A DNA stretch of 52,217 bases from an uncultured Erysipelotrichaceae bacterium (GTDB lineage Bacteria > Bacillota_I > Bacilli_A > RFN20 > CAG-826): contig CACWSI010000007.1 in assembly GCA_902763555.1 (NCBI GenBank), positions 1 through 52,217 on the forward strand, read 5' to 3'. Under the pieces are notes generated by a model. It searched no databases and was not told where the DNA came from. It saw nothing but the letters and a program-made list of their open reading frames with translations. The position numbers and the translations under genes were made by a program. Shown here one piece after another: positions 36,590 through 45,420 of this stretch. How positions within the stretch are numbered: position 1 is the stretch's first letter; each line of letters starts with the position of its first letter.

Positions 36590-37214
36590 ACTAAAAATTA
36601 ATGAAAAATCATTCCCAAACAAGACTATTTTTAAAGACACTTCGTTAGAAATAAACGAAAAAGATTTTGTGGTCATCTATGGTGAATCGGGCATTGGCAA
36701 AAGCACATTGTTAAATATGATTGGCTTAATCAATGATTTCGATGGTGAATATTATTTTAACGATATTTTGATTGAAAAAAAGAACAGAGAACAAACACGT
36801 ATTAATAATTTTTCATATTTATTCCAAGATCCATATCTAATTCCATATCTTAGTGTTTATGACAATATCGTCCTTCCTCTAAAAAATATGAAGGCAGATG
36901 TTGATAAAGAAGAAATTATGGGAATATGCAAGAGATTGAAAATTGATGAGCTTATTGAAAGAAAACCGAACAAATTAAGTGGCGGCGAGGCTATTCGCGT
37001 TTCTATAGCAAGGTCGATTGCTGCTAATAAAAGAATAATTGTTGTGGATGAACCAACAGGTAATCTAGATTCAGATAATGCTGAAAGTGTAATGAACATA
37101 TTGAAGGAAGAAAATAGCAAAGGAAAAACCATAATTATGGTTTCTCATAGCAAAGAATTTGAAAAGTTCTTCAATAGGATCATTAAAATAGAGAACAAGA
37201 AAATTATATGCTAA
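36579..37214 (+). CDS. ABC transporter ATP-binding protein (LolD/MacB type)
   Basis: GESGIGKST, LSGGE, VDEPTGNLD, MVSH; start placed at ATG 36579 on SD spacing. Confidence 0.93.
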   Translation: MLIKLKINEKSFPNKTIFKDTSLEINEKDFVVIYGESGIGKSTLLNMIGLINDFDGEYYFNDILIEKKNREQTRINNFSYLFQDPYLIPYLSVYDNIVLPLKNMKADVDKEEIMGICKRLKIDELIERKPNKLSGGEAIRVSIARSIAANKRIIVVDEPTGNLDSDNAESVMNILKEENSKGKTIIMVSHSKEFEKFFNRIIKIENKKIIC

Positions 37215-38326
37215 GAAGATTGTTTTTCCCTTTGAAAACCAATATTGTGATAATGCTTTTATCATTTTTTGCATTATCTCCTTTTTGCTTTTTAGAAATA
37301 GCAAAAGGCGCTGTAAAAGGCGGGTTTGAAAAAGAATATTCTGAAGCTAGTTATAATTGTGTTTTTGACGAAGAAGGAACTTATTTAAATAGCTATAACG
37401 ATATCGAAACAAAATTGGACGAAAGTGTTAATTCAATCAAAAAACTTTCTAAGAAAGACTATTTGAAAACCGACTACATAGTCAGTGGTTCCATTCTTGC
37501 TAAATCTAATAGTGGTAGAGACTTTATGTGTGGCTTTTATTACAGCCCATCTTTAGACGCCTTTAAGCAATATGCAGGGATTGGAGAATATATTAATGCC
37601 ATTCTAGCGCCTAAAAACAATTATTTTGCAGCTATGCCTAAAGCTTTTGCGTACTCAAATGGATTTGATGCCGGATTGCCAATCACATTATCAAATTACA
37701 ACGATTCCACCAAGACAGCGGAAATAGCATTTGATTATTTTTATGAAACAAAGGTCAGCCAATCGACAAGCGATATCATTGTTTGTGATGATAGATTAGA
37801 TGAGAATATTTTCAACACATTAATAGGTGCAAGAATATTTTATGTTCATTACTACAGTTCTAAAGTAAACTCATCAATAGTGCAAGAAGCCTCCACGAAA
37901 ACATATACAAAAATCGAGTGTAAAGATTACAAAGTTGAAGCAAAATATATGCCTTATAGAGTACTGTTTGATCAAGGAAGAATCGTAGTTGCAGCGGTTT
38001 CTGTTACAACGTTTTTAATTCTTTTCTGCGCTTTCTTAAGAAAAGAAGATAAATTGCAACAGATTGAAAAAATACAACGTTGCTATTATGAGAGTAAAAC
38101 CAAGAACTTTTTCATACATTTGTTGAGCGACGCGCTCTTATTAATAATTTCTCAAACATTGGTTTTGTTGACTTTTGTGGCAGCCTATGGAATATCTTAC
38201 ATAAATGGAATTACATTGAATATCAGCATAAGCTTTTTATATCTATTTGTCGTTCAAGCAGTTACGGTTTTAATCGAATCGACAATCTCCTATTTTGTGG
38301 GCACCAAAAAGCCTATCAGCAATTGA
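37208..38326 (+). CDS. Second putative ABC permease (divergent FtsX-like topology)
   Basis: N-terminal TM, large extracellular loop, three C-terminal TMs; overlaps the ATPase stop. Confidence 0.6.
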   Translation: MLRRLFFPLKTNIVIMLLSFFALSPFCFLEIAKGAVKGGFEKEYSEASYNCVFDEEGTYLNSYNDIETKLDESVNSIKKLSKKDYLKTDYIVSGSILAKSNSGRDFMCGFYYSPSLDAFKQYAGIGEYINAILAPKNNYFAAMPKAFAYSNGFDAGLPITLSNYNDSTKTAEIAFDYFYETKVSQSTSDIIVCDDRLDENIFNTLIGARIFYVHYYSSKVNSSIVQEASTKTYTKIECKDYKVEAKYMPYRVLFDQGRIVVAAVSVTTFLILFCAFLRKEDKLQQIEKIQRCYYESKTKNFFIHLLSDALLLIISQTLVLLTFVAAYGISYINGITLNISISFLYLFVVQAVTVLIESTISYFVGTKKPISN

Positions 38327-38368
38327 TTTGCTTCTGAAACAAATAGTTTGTAATATTCAACTTTTATG

Positions 38369-38397
38369 GGTCATACATTGCTGTGACCTTTTTATTT
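38369..38397 (+). terminator. Probable terminator of the secreted protein-ABC operon
   Basis: GGTCATA/TGTGACC stem plus TTTTTATTT. Confidence 0.65.
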
Positions 38398-38471
38398 ATA
38401 AAAAATATTTTACTTTTTCCTAATTATATATAAAATATAGCCAATGTGTTTTAAGAAGGGTTTTTAAAGAA

Positions 38472-39023
38472 ATGAACAAAAAATACGCAATTCTCGTCGT
38501 TGATATGCTTAACGACTTTGTGACTGGTGTCATCGGTTGTGACAACGCTAAAGCGATTGTTAAACCAACACAAGAATTATTAGAAGGTGCAAGAAAGAAT
38601 GACGTCCCAGTTATCTTCTGTAACGACTGCCACTATAAGGGTGTCGATAACGAATTAAAATTATGGGGCGATCACGCTATCAAAGGTACATGGGGTGCTG
38701 AAATCATTCCTGAATTACCAGTTAGTGAAAAAGACTACATCGTTCCAAAGAGAAGATACTCTGGTTTCTTCCAAACAGATTTAGACTTATTACTCAAAGA
38801 ATTAGGTGTTACCACAGTTGTTATTGCTGGTTTACACACCCATATGTGCTGCAGACATACTGCTGCGGACGCATATCAAAATAACTACGAAGTTATCTTT
38901 GCTAACGAAGCCACAAATTCCTTCACCAAGGAAGACTATGAATATGGCTTAAGATACGCTAAAGAAACTTATGGTGCTCCTAACTACACCAATAAAGAAT
39001 TATTCGAATTATTCGCTAAGTAA
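38472..39023 (+). CDS. Isochorismatase-family cysteine hydrolase (nicotinamidase-like)
   Basis: Asp-Lys-Cys triad in VVDMLNDF, KRRYSGF and GLHTHMCCRHTA. Confidence 0.92.
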   Translation: MNKKYAILVVDMLNDFVTGVIGCDNAKAIVKPTQELLEGARKNDVPVIFCNDCHYKGVDNELKLWGDHAIKGTWGAEIIPELPVSEKDYIVPKRRYSGFFQTDLDLLLKELGVTTVVIAGLHTHMCCRHTAADAYQNNYEVIFANEATNSFTKEDYEYGLRYAKETYGAPNYTNKELFELFAK

Positions 39024-39030
39024 TTTAAAA

Positions 39031-39083
39031 AATAAAAGACGACCTATATCGAACTATCAATCGACATATGTCGTCTTTTTATT
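39031..39083. terminator. Bidirectional terminator
   Basis: AATAAAAGACGAC/GTCGTCTTTTTATT outer stem with an inner imperfect stem, between convergent genes. Confidence 0.82.
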
Positions 39084-39099
39084 ATAAATAATAAATATC

Positions 39100-39567
39100 C
39101 TATCCTAAGAATGATGGTGGAATAAATGTCGCACCTATCGCACAAACGATATATGCAATACCAAATATAATGAGTAAGCGACCAAAAACATAATGATCAA
39201 TAGCGACTATTTCTTTTGTCTTCTTATTTTTGCCTGAGCGCATGAAGGATATGCCTGTGACTAAATAGAACGTAAGAACACCAGCATCTACGATTAATAC
39301 AATTGGCCAAATAAAGAGGCTGCCTATTAACAAAGTGCCGTTGCCAATTACATCAGCGCCTTCGCTCGCTTCTCTTACAAGGAAATAAATATCTAATATA
39401 AGGAAGAGTGGTAGTAATATCGCCCCTAGTACAATAAGCCATACTCCATTACTTCTTTTTGGGTTACTTTTATCTTTATTTTTAGCAAAGACAATGCCAA
39501 ACACTAATAAAAGAAGCGCAGTAAGAGTAACTGTAAGTATCATTAAGTTAAAGAATATCAATCCCAT
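39100..39567 (-). CDS. Hypothetical 4-TM membrane protein
   Basis: Four hydrophobic segments separated by short basic loops; SD-like AAGG upstream. Confidence 0.75.
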   Translation of the reverse strand: MGLIFFNLMILTVTLTALLLLVFGIVFAKNKDKSNPKRSNGVWLIVLGAILLPLFLILDIYFLVREASEGADVIGNGTLLIGSLFIWPIVLIVDAGVLTFYLVTGISFMRSGKNKKTKEIVAIDHYVFGRLLIIFGIAYIVCAIGATFIPPSFLG

Positions 39568-39578
39568 ATTAATTCCTT

Positions 39579-40535
39579 TTACAAGGAAACATATCCTGTT
39601 TCGTTAATGATTTCTTGGCCAAGAGAGGAAAGAACAAAGTCTAAAACCTTTTGGACATTTGGATTTGTTTCACCTTTTCTTGTAACGGCATAGAAATTAG
39701 AAACGATAGGGTAGGATTCGTTTTGCACGTTTTCTCTACTTGGATAAACATCATTTAATTTAAGCATCTTAATATGTCCATGCTTTGTTAATTCTTCAAC
39801 ATAGAATCTAAAGGAGAAACCTAATGATGCCCCTAAAGGACCAAAGAAGTTTTGTTTAATATCTTTACCAAATAGCTTTTCTAATGTGGTTTGAGAACCA
39901 CTGCCTTGGTTTCTTTGCACGACATTGATAGGGCGGTTAGCGCCTCCAACCTCTTTCCAGTTAGTAACTTTACCAGAATAGATTTGTTTTAATTGTTCCA
40001 TGGTTAAACCATCGACTGGATTATTTTTATTTACAATAAAGACAAACGCTTCTCTACCGATAGGTGTTAATTCTAATTCCACACCTTTATCTAAACCATA
40101 TTTAACTTGGTCATCACTAGGTTTAGCGCAGAAAGCGATATCACAGTTCCCATCCACGATACCTTTAAACGCACCGCGTGTGTTGTGGTATTGCAAAGCG
40201 GAATCTTTTGTGAAATCACCGTTTTCATATTTAACGGATGATTCAGGATAGATGGAATACACGAGTGAATTAAAGACAGGCACTAATGCCGCAGCGCCAT
40301 CGATAACAGGTAAATCACCTTCTAATTTATCGCTATATTCCCTTTTAACGATTTTGGTTTCTTGCGCAAATGGTAAATATTGATCTACTTCTACACTCTT
40401 TGCCTGCATTTGTGAGGATGTATTATTGATACATCTATTAGTGAATACAGAGAAAATAAAGACATTGGTGATGACCATAAAAGAGACAACACCGAATATT
40501 GCTAATATTTGTTTAACTAATTTCTTTTTATCCAT
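39579..40535 (-). CDS. PstS-like (PBP superfamily) substrate-binding protein with N-terminal membrane anchor
   Basis: LPVIDGAAALVP, PIGREAFVFIVNKNNPVDGLT, QRNQGSGSQT, GFSFRFY; start ATG 40535 follows AAGGAG and overlaps the upstream TAA. Confidence 0.82.
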   Translation of the reverse strand: MDKKKLVKQILAIFGVVSFMVITNVFIFSVFTNRCINNTSSQMQAKSVEVDQYLPFAQETKIVKREYSDKLEGDLPVIDGAAALVPVFNSLVYSIYPESSVKYENGDFTKDSALQYHNTRGAFKGIVDGNCDIAFCAKPSDDQVKYGLDKGVELELTPIGREAFVFIVNKNNPVDGLTMEQLKQIYSGKVTNWKEVGGANRPINVVQRNQGSGSQTTLEKLFGKDIKQNFFGPLGASLGFSFRFYVEELTKHGHIKMLKLNDVYPSRENVQNESYPIVSNFYAVTRKGETNPNVQKVLDFVLSSLGQEIINETGYVSL

Positions 40536-40675
40536 TACCAAAGCTCCTTTTCAATGAATGTAATCATTGATGTTTGTCGATAAAGGACAATAGTGACTAT
40601 CAAAAGAGTGACAATACTAACCACTCCAACGATAGCGATGATGGATAAAATCCATTTAAATAACTTATCGCTCAT
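40535..40675 (-). CDS. Small single-TM protein (46 aa)
   Basis: MSDKLFKWILSIIAIVGVVSIVTLLIVTIVLYRQ...; ATG lies 1 nt after the upstream stop and its own stop overlaps the next ATG. Confidence 0.62.
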   Translation of the reverse strand: MSDKLFKWILSIIAIVGVVSIVTLLIVTIVLYRQTSMITFIEKELW

Positions 40676-40676
40676 A

Positions 40677-41117
40677 CTACATAAACCTGATTTCGTTTGC
40701 GTCTCCGCTACTTTGTTGATCAAAGACAATTGTTAAAGGAATAACAATCGCTAAAACTAATACAATGGCCAAGATAAGTAGTGCCCAACCAGCAATGATT
40801 TTGTTGGTATTTAAGTTACCGTCTTGGTCCTTTTGATAGCCTTTAACTAAATTACCGACACCTAAACCAATGGCCACAACAAAGCCAATAAACATTAATG
40901 CTGGGAAAGCATAGGTGATAAAAGCGGAAGTTAAACTCTGTTCACCAAGGCCGGCGAAAAGGATGACTCCCACGATAGTGCCGACAATCGCGGCAATAGT
41001 GAGTACCCAACCACCAATAAGCATTGGCTTTTGTTGACGCTTACCGCCATTAATTACTAACATGACGCCTGCAGTAATGAGCGCAGCACCGATTAATATA
41101 CAAACAATAATTTCCAT
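40677..41117 (-). CDS. Hypothetical 4-TM membrane protein
   Basis: Four hydrophobic segments; SD AGAGGA upstream. Confidence 0.78.
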   Translation of the reverse strand: MEIIVCILIGAALITAGVMLVINGGKRQQKPMLIGGWVLTIAAIVGTIVGVILFAGLGEQSLTSAFITYAFPALMFIGFVVAIGLGVGNLVKGYQKDQDGNLNTNKIIAGWALLILAIVLVLAIVIPLTIVFDQQSSGDANEIRFM

Positions 41118-41152
41118 AGTTTTTAAATCCTCTATTAATTAGACGCTAATAA

Positions 41153-41554
41153 CTACATCAAACTGATAGGTAAACCAAAAATTGATATCAAAACAACTGG
41201 AGCGACAATGACTGCTAAGATAAATCCTATAAAAGAAAAGCCTAGTACCACGGTACCACTCTTGTGTTCTTTAAATCCGGCAATAATTAAACGAATTGAA
41301 TAAACGAACCATACTATCGTGAGAGAGATAACTATAGCCAAAACAAGCGGAGACGCTAAGATGTAGACAAATAAAAGTCCAGTAAAGAATCCTGCTACGA
41401 GAATTCCAATTATTGTTGTGCATATTAAAGCAACACCCCACGCAAACATTATTCTATTTTTAAACTTATCACCAAGAGACATTAAAACAATCGCGCCTGG
41501 TAAAAGAACGAAGAATAAGAGAAATAGAATCAAATAAATTACAGAACTCATCAC
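41153..41554 (-). CDS. Hypothetical 4-TM membrane protein (start GTG 41554 or ATG 41551)
   Basis: Four hydrophobic segments, similar in pattern to its two neighbours. Confidence 0.75.
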   Translation of the reverse strand: MMSSVIYLILFLLFFVLLPGAIVLMSLGDKFKNRIMFAWGVALICTTIIGILVAGFFTGLLFVYILASPLVLAIVISLTIVWFVYSIRLIIAGFKEHKSGTVVLGFSFIGFILAVIVAPVVLISIFGLPISLM

Positions 41555-41687
41555 AAAATATTATAGATTGGTTCAAAAAATAAACAACTCTTGAAGGTTG
41601 CTAAACAATGTAATCAAAATTATATTTGATTGTCCTCTACATATACATACCTAGAGTTTGTCACAAATTATTTTTACCGTTTTTGTT

Positions 41688-41715
41688 AATTATTTATAAA
41701 TAATTGTGATACAAT
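41688..41715 (+). promoter_or_regulatory. Extended -10 promoter of pckA with an adjacent 18-bp perfect palindrome
   Basis: TG-A-TACAAT at 41707-41715; AATTATTTATAAATAATT at 41688-41705. Confidence 0.5.
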
Positions 41716-41767
41716 GATTTCGATTTGGGCGTTTTTGGGTTAAACGCTTAGAAAGAGGAGTAAACAT

Positions 41768-43375
41768 ATGCCAAATATTGATTTAGGTAAATATGGAATC
41801 AAAAATGTAAAAGAAGTGGTTTATAACCCTTCTTATGAACTTCTTTTCGAAGAAGAAACAAAAGCTAGCCTCGAAGGCTATGAAAAAGGTACAGTTACCG
41901 AACTTAACGCTGTTAACGTTATGACTGGTATCTACACAGGTAGATCCCCAAAGGACAAATACATTGTCGTCGATAAGAACAGCGAAAACACAGTTTGGTG
42001 GACTTCAGAAGGTTATAAGAACGATAACCATCCAATGAGCGAAGACGTTTGGGCCAAAGTCAAAGCTCTTGCTCAAAAGGAATTATCTGAAAAGAGATTG
42101 TTCGTTGTTGATGCCTATTGTGGCGCTAACAAGGATACAAGAATGGCCGTCCGCTTCATTATGGAAGTGGCATGGCAAGCACATTTCGTTAGAAATATGT
42201 TCATTAAGCCAACAGAAGAAGAATTAAAGAACTTTGAACCAGACTTCATCGTTTATACTGCTTCTAAAGCTAAAGTTGAAAACTACAAAGAATTAGGACT
42301 TAACTCTGAAACATGTGTTGCGTTCAACATCACAAGTAGAGAACAAGTCATTTTAAATACATGGTACGGTGGTGAAATGAAGAAAGGTATGTTCTCCATG
42401 ATGAACTACTACTTACCACTTAAAGGCATTGCGTCAATGCACTGCTCCGCGAACACCGATATGAATGGTGAAAATACTGCCATCTTCTTCGGTTTATCTG
42501 GTACAGGTAAAACCACATTATCAACCGATCCAAAGAGATTACTCATCGGTGATGATGAACACGGTTGGGATGACAATGGTGTCTTCAACCTCGAAGGTGG
42601 TTGCTACGCTAAAGTCATTAACTTAGACAAAGAAAGTGAACCAGATATCTATAACGCTATCCGTAGAGACGCTTTATTAGAAAACGTTACTGTTGATGCT
42701 AACGGCAAAATTGATTTCGCTGATAAGAGCACAACAGAAAATACACGTGTTAGCTATCCAATCAATCACATTGAAAAGATTGTTAAACCAATTAGCCATG
42801 GTCCACACGCTAAGAATGTTATCTTCTTAAGTGCAGATGCCTTCGGTGTTTTACCACCAGTCAGCATCTTAACTCCAGAACAAACACAATATTACTTCTT
42901 AAGTGGTTTCACAGCGAAACTCGCTGGTACTGAAAGAGGTATTACTGAACCAACACCAACATTCTCCGCTTGCTTCGGTCAAGCTTTCTTGGAATTACAT
43001 CCAACAAAATACGCTGAAGAATTAGTGAAGAAGATGAAAGTCAGTGGTGCTAAAGCTTACTTAGTCAACACTGGTTGGAATGGTACAGGCAAACGTATTT
43101 CCATCAAAGATACACGTGGTATCATCGACGCTATCTTAGATGGTTCTATCAACAAAGCTCCAACAAAGAAAATTCCTGTCTTTGATTTTGAAGTCCCAAC
43201 TGAATTACCAGGTGTCGATCCAAAAATCTTAGATCCAAGAGATACATATGCTAACCCAGCCGAATGGGATAAGAAAGCTGCTGACTTAGCTTCTAGATTC
43301 GTTAAGAACTTCGTCAAATATGAAAGTAACGAAGCTGGTAAAGCCTTAGTCAAAGCTGGTCCTAAAGCTGAATAA
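41768..43375 (+). CDS. pckA: Phosphoenolpyruvate carboxykinase (ATP)
   Basis: [51 protein letters not shown]. Confidence 0.98.
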   Translation: MPNIDLGKYGIKNVKEVVYNPSYELLFEEETKASLEGYEKGTVTELNAVNVMTGIYTGRSPKDKYIVVDKNSENTVWWTSEGYKNDNHPMSEDVWAKVKALAQKELSEKRLFVVDAYCGANKDTRMAVRFIMEVAWQAHFVRNMFIKPTEEELKNFEPDFIVYTASKAKVENYKELGLNSETCVAFNITSREQVILNTWYGGEMKKGMFSMMNYYLPLKGIASMHCSANTDMNGENTAIFFGLSGTGKTTLSTDPKRLLIGDDEHGWDDNGVFNLEGGCYAKVINLDKESEPDIYNAIRRDALLENVTVDANGKIDFADKSTTENTRVSYPINHIEKIVKPISHGPHAKNVIFLSADAFGVLPPVSILTPEQTQYYFLSGFTAKLAGTERGITEPTPTFSACFGQAFLELHPTKYAEELVKKMKVSGAKAYLVNTGWNGTGKRISIKDTRGIIDAILDGSINKAPTKKIPVFDFEVPTELPGVDPKILDPRDTYANPAEWDKKAADLASRFVKNFVKYESNEAGKALVKAGPKAE

Positions 43376-43384
43376 GGAATAATT

Positions 43385-44755
43385 ATGGGTGTTAAAATTG
43401 TCGAAACAGGCCTAAGAGACGGCCATCAATCATTATTCGCCACAAGAATGAACACCGAAGAAGTTCTTTGTGCGCTTAAAGAACTTGACCAAGTCGGTTA
43501 CCACGCCATTGAAATTTGGGGTGGTGCCACATTTGATGCTTGTTTAAGATTCTTAAACGAAGATCCATGGGAAAGACTTAGATTAGCGAAGAAAGTTTGT
43601 AAGAAAACCAAATTACAAATGTTATTCCGTGGTCAAAACATCCTCGGTTACAGACACTATGCTGACGATGTCGTTGAAAAGTTCGTCGAAAAATCCATCA
43701 AGAATGGTATTGATATTATCCGTATCTTCGATGCTTTAAACGATATTCGTAACTTAGAATGCGCTGTTAAAGCCACCAAGAAATATGGTGGTGAATGTCA
43801 AATCGCTTTAAGCTATACAACATCCCCAGTTCACACTGTTCAATACTATGTTGAATTAGCGAAAGAAATCGAAAAGATGGGTGCTGATAGCATCTGTATT
43901 AAAGATATGGCTGGTGTTATGATGCCAACCGCTGCTTATGAATTAATCAGTGCGTTAAAGAAAAACACCAAATTACCAATTGAATTACACAGTCACTGCA
44001 CAGGTGGCTTATGTGAAATGACATATTTAAAAGCTATTGAAGCAGGCGTCGACATTGTTGACTGCGCTATAAGCCCATTAAGTGGTGGTACATCTCAACC
44101 ATGTACTGAATCCCTTAACTTCGCCCTTCAAGGCACTGAATATGATCCAAAACTTAACGTGGCAATGTTAAATGCCGCTGCCGCTAAATTGGCGCCAGTC
44201 AAAGCAAAATACCTTGCCAATGGTTTATTAAATCCAAAAGTTTTATCCGTTAATGCGAACATTATCAAATATCAAGTTCCAGGCGGTATGTTATCTAACT
44301 TAATCAATCAACTTAAGCAACAAGATGCTTCTGATAGATTAGATGAAGTTTTAGCGGAAGTTCCAAATGTCCGTAAGGATATGGGCTATCCTCCACTTGT
44401 TACTCCATTATCACAAATGGTCGGTACACAAGCTGTCTTAAATGTTCTTTCTGGTGAAAGATATAAGATGGTGCCAAAAGAAATCAACGAATACCTACAT
44501 GGTAGATATGGTAGATCTCCAGCACCAGTTGATGAAGAAATCAGACGTAAGATTATTGGTGATGACAAAGTCATTACTTATCGTCCAGCCGATGATTTAA
44601 AACCAGAATTTGAAGAACTTAAGAAACAATACAAAGGCATCGCTAAGAGTGATGAAGACGTTTTATCCATTGCTTTATTTGGTGATGTTGCGATTAAATT
44701 TATCGAACAAAGAAACGAAGACGCGATTCCAACCGTCATCCACGTTGAGGCTTAA
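43385..44755 (+). CDS. oadA: Oxaloacetate decarboxylase alpha (carboxyltransferase) subunit without a fused biotinyl domain
   Basis: LRDGHQSLFATRM, WGGATFD.CLRFL.EDPWERL, IKDMAG, HSHCTGG, QVPGGMLSN, PPLVTP.SQMVG. Confidence 0.9.
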   Translation: MGVKIVETGLRDGHQSLFATRMNTEEVLCALKELDQVGYHAIEIWGGATFDACLRFLNEDPWERLRLAKKVCKKTKLQMLFRGQNILGYRHYADDVVEKFVEKSIKNGIDIIRIFDALNDIRNLECAVKATKKYGGECQIALSYTTSPVHTVQYYVELAKEIEKMGADSICIKDMAGVMMPTAAYELISALKKNTKLPIELHSHCTGGLCEMTYLKAIEAGVDIVDCAISPLSGGTSQPCTESLNFALQGTEYDPKLNVAMLNAAAAKLAPVKAKYLANGLLNPKVLSVNANIIKYQVPGGMLSNLINQLKQQDASDRLDEVLAEVPNVRKDMGYPPLVTPLSQMVGTQAVLNVLSGERYKMVPKEINEYLHGRYGRSPAPVDEEIRRKIIGDDKVITYRPADDLKPEFEELKKQYKGIAKSDEDVLSIALFGDVAIKFIEQRNEDAIPTVIHVEA

Positions 44756-44757
44756 TT

Positions 44758-45057
44758 ATGGTTTTAGGTGTTTGGCAGAATTGGGAATCCTTAAATGTTG
44801 GTGAAGCCTTCTTAGTAGCGCTTATCGCCATCTTTATCGTCTTCCTTGTTCTTGCAATCATTATTTTCATTACTTGGGCAATGCAAAAAGGCATGGAGAA
44901 AATCGATGCCTCTACAAACATTTTGCCTAAGGAAGAAAATAAGATTCTTAGCGAAGATCCAAACGCTGTAGTAGCCGCTTTAGTGGCTTCTATGGAGTTC
45001 TATCGCGAAACAGGCAAAGAAGTACGTATTGTTTCTATTAAAAGAATTGAGGACTAA
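44758..45057 (+). CDS. oadG: Na+-decarboxylase gamma/delta (OadG-like) subunit
   Basis: Single TM (IFIVFLVLAIIIFI) followed by VVAALVASM..Y...G...RIVSIKR; operon position. Confidence 0.78.
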   Translation: MVLGVWQNWESLNVGEAFLVALIAIFIVFLVLAIIIFITWAMQKGMEKIDASTNILPKEENKILSEDPNAVVAALVASMEFYRETGKEVRIVSIKRIED

Positions 45058-45060
45058 TTT

Positions 45061-45408
45061 ATGAAGATTTATAAAATCAAAGTTAACGGTAAAGCATACC
45101 GTGTTGAACTCGAAGCTATTGAACAAGTTGATACTGTTCCATTAGAAGAGAAGAAAAAACAAGAATCAAAGAAAATTGTTAACACCACAGGTGCCTTAGA
45201 AGTACCTTCTCCAATCCAAGGTCAAGTTGTTAACATCAAAGTTAAACCAGGCGACAAAGTGCAAAAAGGTGATGTCTTATTAATCATCGAAGCCATGAAG
45301 CTTGAAAACGAAGTCGTCTCTCCATTTGAAGGAAAGGTTGCACAAATTTTAGTAACTAAAGGCCAAAACGTTAAGGCGAAAGAAGTCATCGTTACTATTG
45401 AACAATAA
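45061..45408 (+). CDS. Biotin carboxyl carrier subunit
   Basis: YKIKVNGKAYRVE N-terminus; biotinylation motif EAMKLENE. Confidence 0.93.
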   Translation: MKIYKIKVNGKAYRVELEAIEQVDTVPLEEKKKQESKKIVNTTGALEVPSPIQGQVVNIKVKPGDKVQKGDVLLIIEAMKLENEVVSPFEGKVAQILVTKGQNVKAKEVIVTIEQ

Positions 45409-45420
45409 CGGATAAAAGAT

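Noticed and set aside
33210-38400. TA pair and toxin-like operon as parts of an integrated mobile element
   Set aside because: No integrase, transposase, att-like direct repeats or terminal inverted repeats seen, and housekeeping gpmA lies between them.
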